This document shows positions 52,313 to 60,879 of a stretch of DNA of 64,000 nt, in pieces; within the stretch, counting starts at the first letter, position 1; each line of letters begins with the position of its first letter. This DNA is from Acidobacteriota bacterium (lineage in GTDB: Bacteria > Acidobacteriota > Aminicenantia > UBA2199), in NCBI GenBank assembly GCA_025456205.1, contig JALOLA010000010.1, positions 5,338-69,337 of the forward strand, given 5' to 3'. The notes under the pieces were generated by a model. That model searched no databases, was not told the origin of the DNA, and saw nothing but the letters and a program-made list of their open reading frames with translations. Made by a program: the position numbers and the translations under genes.

Positions 52313-53639
52313 GCGGCGACCTCCGGCCCTGAGGCCCTGGTGGCTGGCCCTGCTGCTGGTGCAGGCATTGTTTTGCCTGTCCGCCTGCCGGCGCGGGGAA
52401 AAACCCCAGGCCCGGCCGAACGTAGTGCTGGTGGTCATCGATACGCTGCGCGCGGATCACCTGCCGTTTTACGGATACCGGTCCCTCACCGCGCCATTTC
52501 TCTCCGATCTGGCCGCTCAGGGCGTTGTGTTCGAGTCCTGCTATTCCATCTCGTCCTACACCTCCCCCGCCACAGCCTCCATCCTCACATCGCTCTACCC
52601 GTTCCAGCATGGCGTGCACAAGGGATTGATCGTCACCTTGAACCAGCAGGCCGAGAATCCGACGCTGCAACTAAACCGCATTCCGCAACCCGTGCTGACC
52701 ATGAGCGAATGGCTTCAGGCCGGGGGTTACCGGACATTCGCCGTCGCCGATAATCTCAACATCGGGGAAGCGGAGGGATTCACGCAGGGATTCGACCGCT
52801 TCAGCACCATGAACAATCGCGGCGCCGACCAGGTCAACCGCCAGGTCAAGCTCTGGAAAAGGGAAATGCTCCAGGCGGCGCCCTATTTTCTCTATGTGCA
52901 CTATATGGACCCGCACGCGCCCTACCTGGCCCGTCAGCCCTGGTATGTTCCAGGGGCGGACGAGCTGCAGGAGCAAAAGGCCCGCTACGACAGCGAGATC
53001 CGCTTCGTCGACGAGCGGCTGCGGGAACTGTTCGCCGAATTGTCCTGGGACGAGAACACGATCCTGGTCATCACCGCCGACCACGGCGAGGAATTCCTGG
53101 AGCACGGACAAACCGGCCATGGCAAGACGCTCTATAACGAAGTGCTGCGCGTTCCACTGCTGTTCTGGGGCCAGGCGCCGGCTTTGCAACCGCGACGGGT
53201 CAAGGAAGCTGTTTCCACCCTGGACATCATGCCCACGATCGGCGCCATGCTGGGCTTGACAGCAGAAAAGATATTTTCCGGAATCAGCTTGTGGCCATTC
53301 GCTCGTCCCGCCGGCCCTGCCGAGCCCCGGGCGCTTTTCGCCACCCTGCTCGCCAGCCGTCCGGGCCGGGCCGATATCACGCTGCGGGCCACCCTGTGGG
53401 ATCGCTGGAAACTCATCGTCAGCGGCGAGGAAACCCGGGAGTTATTCGATATCCGCGCGCATCCGCGCGAGCGCATCAACCAATACGGCCGCATTGAGAC
53501 GCAAGCCATCGCCGCCAAACTGAACGGATTGTTCCTTTCGTTCCAGTCCCGCTGCCCTGTCTTTCCCCAGGAAACGGGCGAGCGGCAGATCGACCCGGAG
53601 CTGCTCGCGGAATTGAAAACCCTGGGCTACGTGCGCTAG
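52296..53639 (+). CDS. sulfatase-like hydrolase/transferase lipoprotein, Thr-type
   Basis: GTG start preceded by ggggagga. Lipobox LFCLSAC. VVLVVIDTLRADHL. The site reads SYTSPATASILTS. Also ITADHGEEF. Confidence 0.8.
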   Translation: MRRGPERRPPALRPWWLALLLVQALFCLSACRRGEKPQARPNVVLVVIDTLRADHLPFYGYRSLTAPFLSDLAAQGVVFESCYSISSYTSPATASILTSLYPFQHGVHKGLIVTLNQQAENPTLQLNRIPQPVLTMSEWLQAGGYRTFAVADNLNIGEAEGFTQGFDRFSTMNNRGADQVNRQVKLWKREMLQAAPYFLYVHYMDPHAPYLARQPWYVPGADELQEQKARYDSEIRFVDERLRELFAELSWDENTILVITADHGEEFLEHGQTGHGKTLYNEVLRVPLLFWGQAPALQPRRVKEAVSTLDIMPTIGAMLGLTAEKIFSGISLWPFARPAGPAEPRALFATLLASRPGRADITLRATLWDRWKLIVSGEETRELFDIRAHPRERINQYGRIETQAIAAKLNGLFLSFQSRCPVFPQETGERQIDPELLAELKTLGYVR

Positions 53640-53715
53640 TCCAGCCGTTTGCATTTTTCCAGATTTCTATGGTATACATGGCCCATGAAAATACGCGCAA
53701 AAGTCGCTGGCGTGA

Positions 53716-54501
53716 ATGCCCGATAAGACTGGCTTCTCCATCTCCAGGCGCTTGCGCTCCCTGGCCTCGCTGAAGCTGACCGTCGTCCTGCTGCTGCTGC
53801 TCTGCTTTCTGGTCATCGCCGGCACGGCGCTGCAGGCCGAGAGCGGCCTCTACGCCGCCCAGCGCGCGGTGTTCTCTTCCTGGCTTTTCCTCCTCTTCGG
53901 CGTCGTGCCGCTGCCGGGCATGCTCACGGTCGCCCTGCTGCTCTTCATCAACCTCCTGGCCGCGGCCGCATGGCGACTGCAGTACCGCTGGCGCCGCGCC
54001 GGCCTGATCCTGCTTCATTACGGGCTGCTGCTGCTCATCGCCAGCGGCTTTGTCATCTCGCTCACCGCCCGGGAATATTTCCTGACCCTGCGCGAAGGCG
54101 AGAGCGGCCGTTCCCTAACGCTCGCCGATGGCCGCTCCGGTGCGTCCCTGCCTTTCACCCTGACGCTGCTCGACTTCGAGAAAGCGCTGCACCCCGGGAC
54201 CGACATACCCAAGAGCTTCACCAGCCGGGTGGAGATCCGCGAAGGCCAAGCCCGGCGCCGGGCCGTCATCTCCATGAACCGGCCGCTGCGCCTGCGCGGC
54301 TATACCTTCTACCAGTCCGCCTACGCCGAGGAAGAGGAGGGCAGGGAAAGCTCGACCTTTTCCGTCGTCCAGGGCGCCGGCCGCCGGCTGCCCTACTTCG
54401 CCAGCGCCATGCTCTTCCTCGGGCTGCTGCTCCATTGGCTGGCCATGATCGCGGCGGCCATGAAAAAACGGCAGGCGCCCGGCGCCGGGAGCGCCTTATG
54501 A
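53716..54501 (+). CDS. ccsB: ResB/Ccs1-like cytochrome c biogenesis protein (short form)
   Basis: LRSLASLKLTVVLLLLLCFLVIAGTALQ N-terminus and ...MNRPLRLRGYTFYQSAY core. Confidence 0.75.
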   Translation: MPDKTGFSISRRLRSLASLKLTVVLLLLLCFLVIAGTALQAESGLYAAQRAVFSSWLFLLFGVVPLPGMLTVALLLFINLLAAAAWRLQYRWRRAGLILLHYGLLLLIASGFVISLTAREYFLTLREGESGRSLTLADGRSGASLPFTLTLLDFEKALHPGTDIPKSFTSRVEIREGQARRRAVISMNRPLRLRGYTFYQSAYAEEEEGRESSTFSVVQGAGRRLPYFASAMLFLGLLLHWLAMIAAAMKKRQAPGAGSAL

Positions 54502-56168
54502 AGCGCGCCACCGGCCTGGCCCTGCTGGCCTGCGGACTTCTCGCCGCCGGCTCCCTGCCGGCCGCGACGCCGCGCCTGGAGGCATTCCGCCGCCTGCTGG
54601 TGCTGGAGCAGGGCCGCGTCAAGCCGCTCGATACCTATGCCCGCAACCTGCTGCGGCAGATCTCCGGTGGCTCCTCGCCCGCGGGGCTGGACGCCGTGGC
54701 CTGGATGGCGCGCGTGCTCTTCACTCCCCGGGAAACGCTGGACATGAAGGTGTTCCGCGTCGAACGTTCCGACGTTCTGCCCGCCATCGGCATCGACAAC
54801 AGGGGCCAGGGGCTCTATAGCTTTTCCGATCTTCGCCCCGGCCTCAACCGCCTGCACGGGCTCGCCTACCGCTATGCCGCCGCCGGCGCGGGACGGCCAG
54901 GTGGCTTCGAGAACGAGGTCATGCGCCTGTTCCGGAACATTTCAGTTTATTACGGACTGCTCGACGCGTTCGCCTTTTCCCGCCCCGATGGGCCCATGAC
55001 CGGCGCTGCGCCGCGGGAACCGGCCATCCTGCCGCCGGGCGCCGGGCGCGAGGAACCGTGGCTCGTTCCGGCCCAGGCCTGGGCCCGGAACGCCGCCCTG
55101 CCTGCGGCCATGCAAGACGAGATCGCCCTGCTGGCGGATGCCGCCCGGGCCTATGCCGCGGGCGACAGCCTGGGATTCGACCGCTCCCTTGAAAAATTCA
55201 ACCGCTCGCTCCGCGAGCGCCTCGGCCCGGCAGCCGGCCGCCCCTGGAAGGTCTCCCTGGAGATCGGCTACAACCGCGTCGCCCCTTTCTTCAAAGCCGG
55301 GCTGGCCTACGGGCTGGCGCTGCTCCTGCTCCTTGCGGCGCAGTTTTTCCAACGCCGGCTCCTGCTGAAGCTAAGCGGCCTCGCCCTGCTGGCCGGCTGG
55401 TTGCTGCACGGCGTCGGCATCCTCGCCCGCATGGCGATCATGGGCAGGCCGCCGGTAACCAGCCTCTACGAAACGTTCATTTTCGTCTCCTGGGCAGCCG
55501 CAGCCATGGGCCTGGTCATGGCCTGGATGCGCAGGCAGGAGCTGGGGATACTGGCCGGCGCCGTCGCCGCCCTAGCGCTGCTGGTCATCGCCGGTGGCTA
55601 CGGCCTGGACGGCGACACCATGGGCATGCTCGCGGCGGTGCTCGATTCCAATCTCTGGCTGGCCGTCCACGTGGTCACCATCGCCCTCGGCTACGCCGGC
55701 TGCGTTTTCGCCGGCATCATCGGCCACGTGGCGATTATCCAGGCGCTCAAGCGCCGCCCTGCCGCAATGGCGCGAACCGCCGATGCCCTCCCCGGAATTC
55801 TGGCTTTCGGGCTGGCGTTCACCGCCATCGGCACCCTGATGGGCGGCATCTGGGCCGACCTGTCCTGGGGGCGTTTCTGGGGCTGGGACCCCAAGGAGAA
55901 CGGCGCCCTGCTGCTCATCGCCTGGTGCGCCGTCCTGTTCCATGCCCGCCTGGCGGGCTGGATCGGCCGCGTCGGCTTCGCCGCCGGCAGCGTCGGAGCG
56001 CTGGTCGTTGTCGCCCTGGCCTGGTTCGGAGTCAACCTGCTCGGCCTGGGTTTGCACGCCTATGGCTTCACCTCCGGCGCCAGCCGCGGGCTGCTGGCCT
56101 TCATCCTCCTCGAGCTGGTCTTTCTCGCTGTCGCCGTACCCCTGGCCCGCAAAGGCAGCCGCAGCTGA
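54498..56168 (+). CDS. ccsA: cytochrome c assembly protein CcsA (long form with N-terminal periplasmic domain)
   Basis: WWD motif WGRFWGWDPKENGALL. ATGA overlap with ccsB. The first 176 codons of ORF 53970..56168 are not coding. Confidence 0.88.
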   Translation: MKRATGLALLACGLLAAGSLPAATPRLEAFRRLLVLEQGRVKPLDTYARNLLRQISGGSSPAGLDAVAWMARVLFTPRETLDMKVFRVERSDVLPAIGIDNRGQGLYSFSDLRPGLNRLHGLAYRYAAAGAGRPGGFENEVMRLFRNISVYYGLLDAFAFSRPDGPMTGAAPREPAILPPGAGREEPWLVPAQAWARNAALPAAMQDEIALLADAARAYAAGDSLGFDRSLEKFNRSLRERLGPAAGRPWKVSLEIGYNRVAPFFKAGLAYGLALLLLLAAQFFQRRLLLKLSGLALLAGWLLHGVGILARMAIMGRPPVTSLYETFIFVSWAAAAMGLVMAWMRRQELGILAGAVAALALLVIAGGYGLDGDTMGMLAAVLDSNLWLAVHVVTIALGYAGCVFAGIIGHVAIIQALKRRPAAMARTADALPGILAFGLAFTAIGTLMGGIWADLSWGRFWGWDPKENGALLLIAWCAVLFHARLAGWIGRVGFAAGSVGALVVVALAWFGVNLLGLGLHAYGFTSGASRGLLAFILLELVFLAVAVPLARKGSRS

Positions 56169-56271
56169 ATCGCGCCTGAAGGGCCCGCCTCCGGCCAGAA
56201 GAACAGCGGGGCGCTGGCACCGGCCTTGGATTCCTCGCGGAGGGGCTCGACGACGACTGAGGCCGTGCAAC

Positions 56272-56302
56272 AAAAAAAAGCCCCGGGCCGGCGGCCCGGG
56301 GC
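56272..56302 (-). terminator. Rho-independent terminator of the FGE-domain gene
   Basis: On the minus strand: gccccgggcc / ggcccggggc hairpin followed by T8. Confidence 0.75.
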
Positions 56303-56325
56303 AGCGATTTCAAAAAGGTGCGGGC

Positions 56326-57891
56326 CTACTGTTCCCAGACGATGCGGAAACCGACGGATGGGCTGGTGTAGTCCGGGTAATTATAGTCACGGAAAGAGCA
56401 GCGTAACCGTACTTCCGGGACAGTATAGCTGCCGCTGCGCATGACGCGGTTATCGCCGCTGGCCGCCCCCTGCGGGTTCTTCACGGTGCCCTGGTTGCGG
56501 CACTCCTGGTAGTAACCTTCATCGAACCAATCCTGCACCCATTCCCAGGCGTTGCCGGCCATGTCCAAGGCGCCGACGGCCGAGGCCCCCGACGGTGAGG
56601 AACCGACGAGCTTGGTCCTGCTCCCGCAGCCTCTGAAATTGGCTCGCTCGCAGGTGGGGGTGGCGCTGCCCCAGGGGTAAAGGCGCTGGTCCGTACCCGC
56701 GGCGGCCCGCTCCCACTGCGCTTCGGTGGCCAGGTGGATGTTCTTGCCGGTCTTGGCCGCAAGCCAATCGCAGAACGCCTTGGCGTCGTTCCAGGACACA
56801 TTGATCACCGGCATCTTGCCGCGGCCCCTGCCCGAGTCGCTGGGTTTGGTTCGCGATGTTTCAGTGCAGAAGGCGTCATACTGCGCGAATGTCACCTCGT
56901 GCTTGGCGATAGAATATGCGGTCAGGCTCACCGTATGCACCGGCCTTTCCCGGGAATCGCCGACGCCAAAGTTGTCGCCCATTTCGAAATCCCCGGCCGG
57001 GACGGCGATCCAGCTGATGCCCAGGACATCGATGTCGTAATTGTAGTTCGCGTTGCGGGCCGTCACCACCAGGGCGTGGTCCTGATCCATGGTGATCTGG
57101 CCGCTGGCGGCCAGGATGTTGCCGTCCAGCTTAACTTCCAATGCATCGTAGCCCGACCCCGGCGTATAACTGTAGTCGACCTTCGAGCCGCTTTTGTAGG
57201 TATAGACCCCGGCAGCGGGAGTACCGCTGGCGCCGGCGGAAACGGTCACGGTCAAGGCATAATTTACGGCAGGTTTTTTCTTCTTGGTCAGCAGCAGAAT
57301 GACGGTGATGACGACGCCGACGCCAAGGACGGCCCAGAGCCAGGGGAACTTTTTCTTCTTCTTGAACTGCGCCAGGTCTTCCACTTTTTCGAAGGCGTCG
57401 GGAGCGTCGGCTTCGGCCTGGAGGTCCCCTTTCTCAAGAGCGACGGGAGCGGTGACTTCAGCCGACACCGGCTCTCTCTGCTGGTTCTGCACGGTCCGGG
57501 CGTCCCGCACCTGCTGCTGCACCTGGGTGTAGATCCGGGTGAATTCCTCGGGGAACTTGCCCGTATCGACCTGACGTTCCGGATCCTGCTGCAGGAGCGA
57601 GCGCAGCACGTCGCGGCAAGAGTCCGGATCGTTCAAGGCAAAGTGCACCAGGGAGATATCCAGCAGCAGCCGTTCGCGGTCATTGGCGTTCGCCAGCAGG
57701 CCCTTTGCCTTGTTGAAAGCGGCAAGCGCCTCCTGGAACCGGCCGTTTTCGTAATCGGCCTCTCCCTGGACGACCAGGGCCAGCCCGTCTTCCGCCTGCC
57801 CGGCGGCCAGGGGATAGGCCTCGACCCAAAGCAGGGAAAAAAAACACAGCAGCGTAAGCAGCGAGATTTCCTTGATCCACAGTCGTCTCAT
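56326..57891 (-). CDS. FGE-sulfatase (SUMF1/EgtB-like) domain protein with N-terminal TPR, TM and beta-repeat region
   Basis: GNAWEWVQDWF and RVMRSGSY are FGE-family motifs. TM segment FPWLWAVLGVGVVITVILLL. Confidence 0.85.
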   Translation of the reverse strand: MRRLWIKEISLLTLLCFFSLLWVEAYPLAAGQAEDGLALVVQGEADYENGRFQEALAAFNKAKGLLANANDRERLLLDISLVHFALNDPDSCRDVLRSLLQQDPERQVDTGKFPEEFTRIYTQVQQQVRDARTVQNQQREPVSAEVTAPVALEKGDLQAEADAPDAFEKVEDLAQFKKKKKFPWLWAVLGVGVVITVILLLTKKKKPAVNYALTVTVSAGASGTPAAGVYTYKSGSKVDYSYTPGSGYDALEVKLDGNILAASGQITMDQDHALVVTARNANYNYDIDVLGISWIAVPAGDFEMGDNFGVGDSRERPVHTVSLTAYSIAKHEVTFAQYDAFCTETSRTKPSDSGRGRGKMPVINVSWNDAKAFCDWLAAKTGKNIHLATEAQWERAAAGTDQRLYPWGSATPTCERANFRGCGSRTKLVGSSPSGASAVGALDMAGNAWEWVQDWFDEGYYQECRNQGTVKNPQGAASGDNRVMRSGSYTVPEVRLRCSFRDYNYPDYTSPSVGFRIVWEQ

Positions 57892-57976
57892 TTTTTATCT
57901 CCTCAAGGTTAGATTCATGCGCCTTTGCCAGCGGAAGCAGGGGCATCACTTGTTTTTCAGGTCCGCATCTTTCTAT

Positions 57977-58006
57977 ATTATACTAATATATCAGGGATAA
58001 TGTCAA
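57977..58006 (-). promoter_or_regulatory. sigma70 promoter of the FGE-domain gene
   Basis: On the minus strand: TTGACA, 18-nt spacer, TATAAT, within an AT-rich patch. Confidence 0.5.
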
Positions 58007-58031
58007 TGACTCCCCATGCTGAACCAGGCCC

Positions 58032-59315
58032 TCAATTGCGCTCCAGCAGCTTTCCCAGGAACTTGCTGACCCTGACCAGGATCTGCAGCAGCACGACCAC
58101 CACTTCGTAGAACAGGGTGATGACCACGGCATAGAGCGGCGGATAGATGAAATAAACCAGCGGGTAGAGCAGCAGCCCCTGGAATGAATCGACGGGGAAA
58201 ATTTCAGGCTGCAGCGGCAGCGGCAGGAAGTTCAGCCCGTAATAGCGCAGGATGGGATAGACGGCCAGCAGCACCCAGAAGGCGAGGATGGCGATGCAGA
58301 TGAAGCCCTTGATGGCGTGGCAGAAGTAATCGATACCGGCGTTCTCGTTCTCGGTCACTTCCATGTCCTTCCTGCCGAACTGGACGATCTTGCGGAAATA
58401 GCGGTAGGGATAGAAGAAGTACGATTCGGCCAGCTTGACGATGCCCACGGCCACCGGGTTCTGGCTGGCGGCCAGGAAGTTGACCAGGATGGAGATGAAG
58501 GAGATCAGCGCGGTGATGACGAACCAGGGCTGGTAGAACGTTTCCGGCTGGGCCAGGATGGCCAGGGCGATCAGGACCAGCGGCAGGGCGCCCAGCCAGC
58601 GCCAGGGCAGGCGCAGCAGGCGGTCCCATTTCGGCGTGGCCTTGCCCAGCAGCTTCTGCAGCAGCACCCAGCCGCAGAGCGGCACCAGCAGCAGCAGCAG
58701 GTTGAGCAGCAGCGAGACGATGAGGCCGCCCGTCGTGAACACGCCCAGGCGCGAATAATTCGCCCAGGCGCCGCTGTCCACGCCGATCTTGGCCAGGGCC
58801 GAGACGGCCTGGATGACCTGCGCCAGGCTGACCAGCCCCAGGGCCAGGAAGGCGACGGCCACGAACAGGCGGATGGTGTTCTTCATGCCGACAAAGACGG
58901 CGTCCATGATCTGCGGCTGCGCCGCCAGCAGGTAAAGCACCAGGCCCAGGAACAGGAAGAGGACGAACAGCGGGTTGACCAGGATGCTGAAGGAGAAGAG
59001 GACGACGCGGCCGCCCGCGGTGAACATCAGGTCCAGCTGCTGGAACAGCCAGTGCAGCAGCAGCAGCAGGGCCGGCAGGAACGGCAGTCCCTTGTTTTTT
59101 TCAGCGGTGATGGCCCGGCCCTGCAGGAGCGGGGCCAGGATGAAGTAGCCGCCGACGAACGCCGCCAGGTAGGCCAGGAAATAGGAGATGGTGCCCACCC
59201 GGAACGGCTCGCTGAACTCGCGGAAAAAATTCACCCACAGGCCCATGAAGGCGACCAGCCACAGGGCCAGGTACAGCTTGACGTGGTCGGCACGCTTGGA
59301 CAGATAGACTCCCAT
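58032..59315 (-). CDS. polytopic integral membrane protein, unknown family
   Basis: RBS gaggagga followed by ATG 59315. At least 10 hydrophobic segments. No motif recognised. Confidence 0.6.
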   Translation of the reverse strand: MGVYLSKRADHVKLYLALWLVAFMGLWVNFFREFSEPFRVGTISYFLAYLAAFVGGYFILAPLLQGRAITAEKNKGLPFLPALLLLLHWLFQQLDLMFTAGGRVVLFSFSILVNPLFVLFLFLGLVLYLLAAQPQIMDAVFVGMKNTIRLFVAVAFLALGLVSLAQVIQAVSALAKIGVDSGAWANYSRLGVFTTGGLIVSLLLNLLLLLVPLCGWVLLQKLLGKATPKWDRLLRLPWRWLGALPLVLIALAILAQPETFYQPWFVITALISFISILVNFLAASQNPVAVGIVKLAESYFFYPYRYFRKIVQFGRKDMEVTENENAGIDYFCHAIKGFICIAILAFWVLLAVYPILRYYGLNFLPLPLQPEIFPVDSFQGLLLYPLVYFIYPPLYAVVITLFYEVVVVLLQILVRVSKFLGKLLERN

Positions 59316-59348
59316 GCGATCCTCCTCTTGCGGAAAAATTATAGGAAA

Positions 59349-59377
59349 ATTGTAAAGAAACAGGCGCGGATTGTCAA
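59349..59377 (-). promoter_or_regulatory. sigma70 promoter of the membrane protein gene
   Basis: On the minus strand: TTGACA, 17-nt spacer, TACAAT. Overlaps the stop of the upstream PAP2_C gene. Confidence 0.55.
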
Positions 59378-60099
59378 AGGCCCGGCCCGGCCAGGCCGGG
59401 AAAGCGGCGGCGCAGCCAGCGATCGCCCAGGGTGAACATGGCGAAGGTGACGGCATAGGCGCCGATGACGTCGATGGTGTAGTGCAGGTGCGAAAAGAAC
59501 ACCACCAGCAGGGAAAAAAGCTGCAGCGCCAGGAAGACCCTGGACGCCCTGCCGCCCAACTGCCGCGAGAACAGGTAGAGCAGAAAGGTGGTGGCGATGT
59601 GGCCGGAGAAGAACATGTCCTTGGTCAGGTAGATGCCGGCCGCGTCCCCGAAAAGCGCCCGGTAGGGGTCGACCAGCTTCCACCAGGTCGGCCAGAGGGA
59701 GAAAGGGCGCAGGGCATTGATGTCGGCTCCGAAAGGCGGTCCCAGGCCGGTCAGGGGGATCATCAGGCCGCGTGTCAGCGAGATGGCCCCGTCGATGATG
59801 ATGAAGCGGGCGAACAGCCGGCGGTCGCGCCAGAGCAGGTAGAGGGCGGGCGGGAAATAGCAGGCGATCCACAGGTAGTAGTTGATGTGCGCCAGCCAGT
59901 CCAAGCGCGGCACCAGGCCCAGCAGCAGGTCGGGGACGGTCGGCGCCGGCCGCAGCTCGTTGAGCAGCACCGGGATGAGCATCAGGCTGTGGCAGAGGTA
60001 GCGGAAGACGATGGCCGCCCCCAGGAAAGCGAAAAAAACCCGCCAGGGGTAGCCTGCCGTTCCCGGGCGCAAGCTGGGCATCCTCGTCAGCTGGTTCAT
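59374..60099 (-). CDS. PAP2_C / sphingomyelin-synthase-like phosphotransferase family membrane protein
   Basis: FFSGHIATTF and SHLHYTIDVIGAY match the SMS C3 (SGH) and C4 (HYTxDV) motifs. Start set at MNQLTRM. Confidence 0.7.
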   Translation of the reverse strand: MNQLTRMPSLRPGTAGYPWRVFFAFLGAAIVFRYLCHSLMLIPVLLNELRPAPTVPDLLLGLVPRLDWLAHINYYLWIACYFPPALYLLWRDRRLFARFIIIDGAISLTRGLMIPLTGLGPPFGADINALRPFSLWPTWWKLVDPYRALFGDAAGIYLTKDMFFSGHIATTFLLYLFSRQLGGRASRVFLALQLFSLLVVFFSHLHYTIDVIGAYAVTFAMFTLGDRWLRRRFPGLAGPGL

Positions 60100-60217
60100 G
60101 TCGGTTATCCTGGTCCACCGGGCGGGGCGCAGGCCCGGCGCCTGCGGCCGGCCGCGGCAGGCATCAGGTGTACCACGCCGGCTTTTTTCTGTCAACGCAA
60201 AAAAAATGAGATCGGCG

Positions 60218-60246
60218 TTGACAAGCGGCCTAATTGATACTATAAT
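60218..60246 (+). promoter_or_regulatory. consensus sigma70 promoter of the tetR-hcp operon
   Basis: TTGACA, 17-nt spacer, TATAAT. Confidence 0.65.
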
Positions 60247-60253
60247 GGTTATG

Positions 60254-60271
60254 TTAGTGAACGTTAACTAA
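60254..60271. promoter_or_regulatory. candidate TetR operator palindrome
   Basis: ttagtgaac|gttaactaa, with 8 of 9 positions symmetric per half-site. Starts 8 nt after the -10 element. Confidence 0.55.
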
Positions 60272-60284
60272 CCAGAAGGACAAA

Positions 60285-60878
60285 ATGAAAAAAATCACCG
60301 GCCGCCAGCAGGAAATCGTCGAGGCCGCGCTGGCCATCATCAGCGACCGCGGGCTGGAGGCGCTGACCATCAAGAGCATCGCCGCCCGGGTGGGGTTCAG
60401 CGACGCCGCCGTGTACCGCCATTTCCGCAGCAAGGCGCAGATCCTGAGCACGATCATCGACCTGTTCGCCCGCGACTCGGCGCGTCTGCTGCGGGAGATT
60501 CATGGCTGCTCCTGCGCCGAGCTGGAGAAGATGCGCCTGTTCTTCCTCGACCGCTGCCGGGTTTTTTCCGCCGACCGCGTCCTGGCCACGGTCATGTTCG
60601 CCGAGAACCTCTTCCAGAACGACCCGCTGCTGGCCGCCAAGGTCCGGCAGGTCCTGCAAGGCCATCGCCGCCTGCTTCTGGAGACCCTCCGCGGCGGACA
60701 GCGCAAAAAAACCATCCGCGCCCTCCCGGCCGAGCACCTGTTCACCATGGTCATGGGCTCGCTGCGCCTGCTGGTCCTGCAGTGGCGCATCGGCGGCTAC
60801 GGCTTCGACCTGATGCGCGGCGGGGAAAAGCTCTGGCTGAGCGTGGAGACCGTCATTAAAAACCCGAATGGAGAATGA
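60285..60878 (+). CDS. TetR/AcrR family transcriptional regulator
   Basis: HTH segment LTIKSIAARVGFSDAAVYRHFRSK. Confidence 0.9.
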   Translation: MKKITGRQQEIVEAALAIISDRGLEALTIKSIAARVGFSDAAVYRHFRSKAQILSTIIDLFARDSARLLREIHGCSCAELEKMRLFFLDRCRVFSADRVLATVMFAENLFQNDPLLAAKVRQVLQGHRRLLLETLRGGQRKKTIRALPAEHLFTMVMGSLRLLVLQWRIGGYGFDLMRGGEKLWLSVETVIKNPNGE

Positions 60879-60879
60879 C

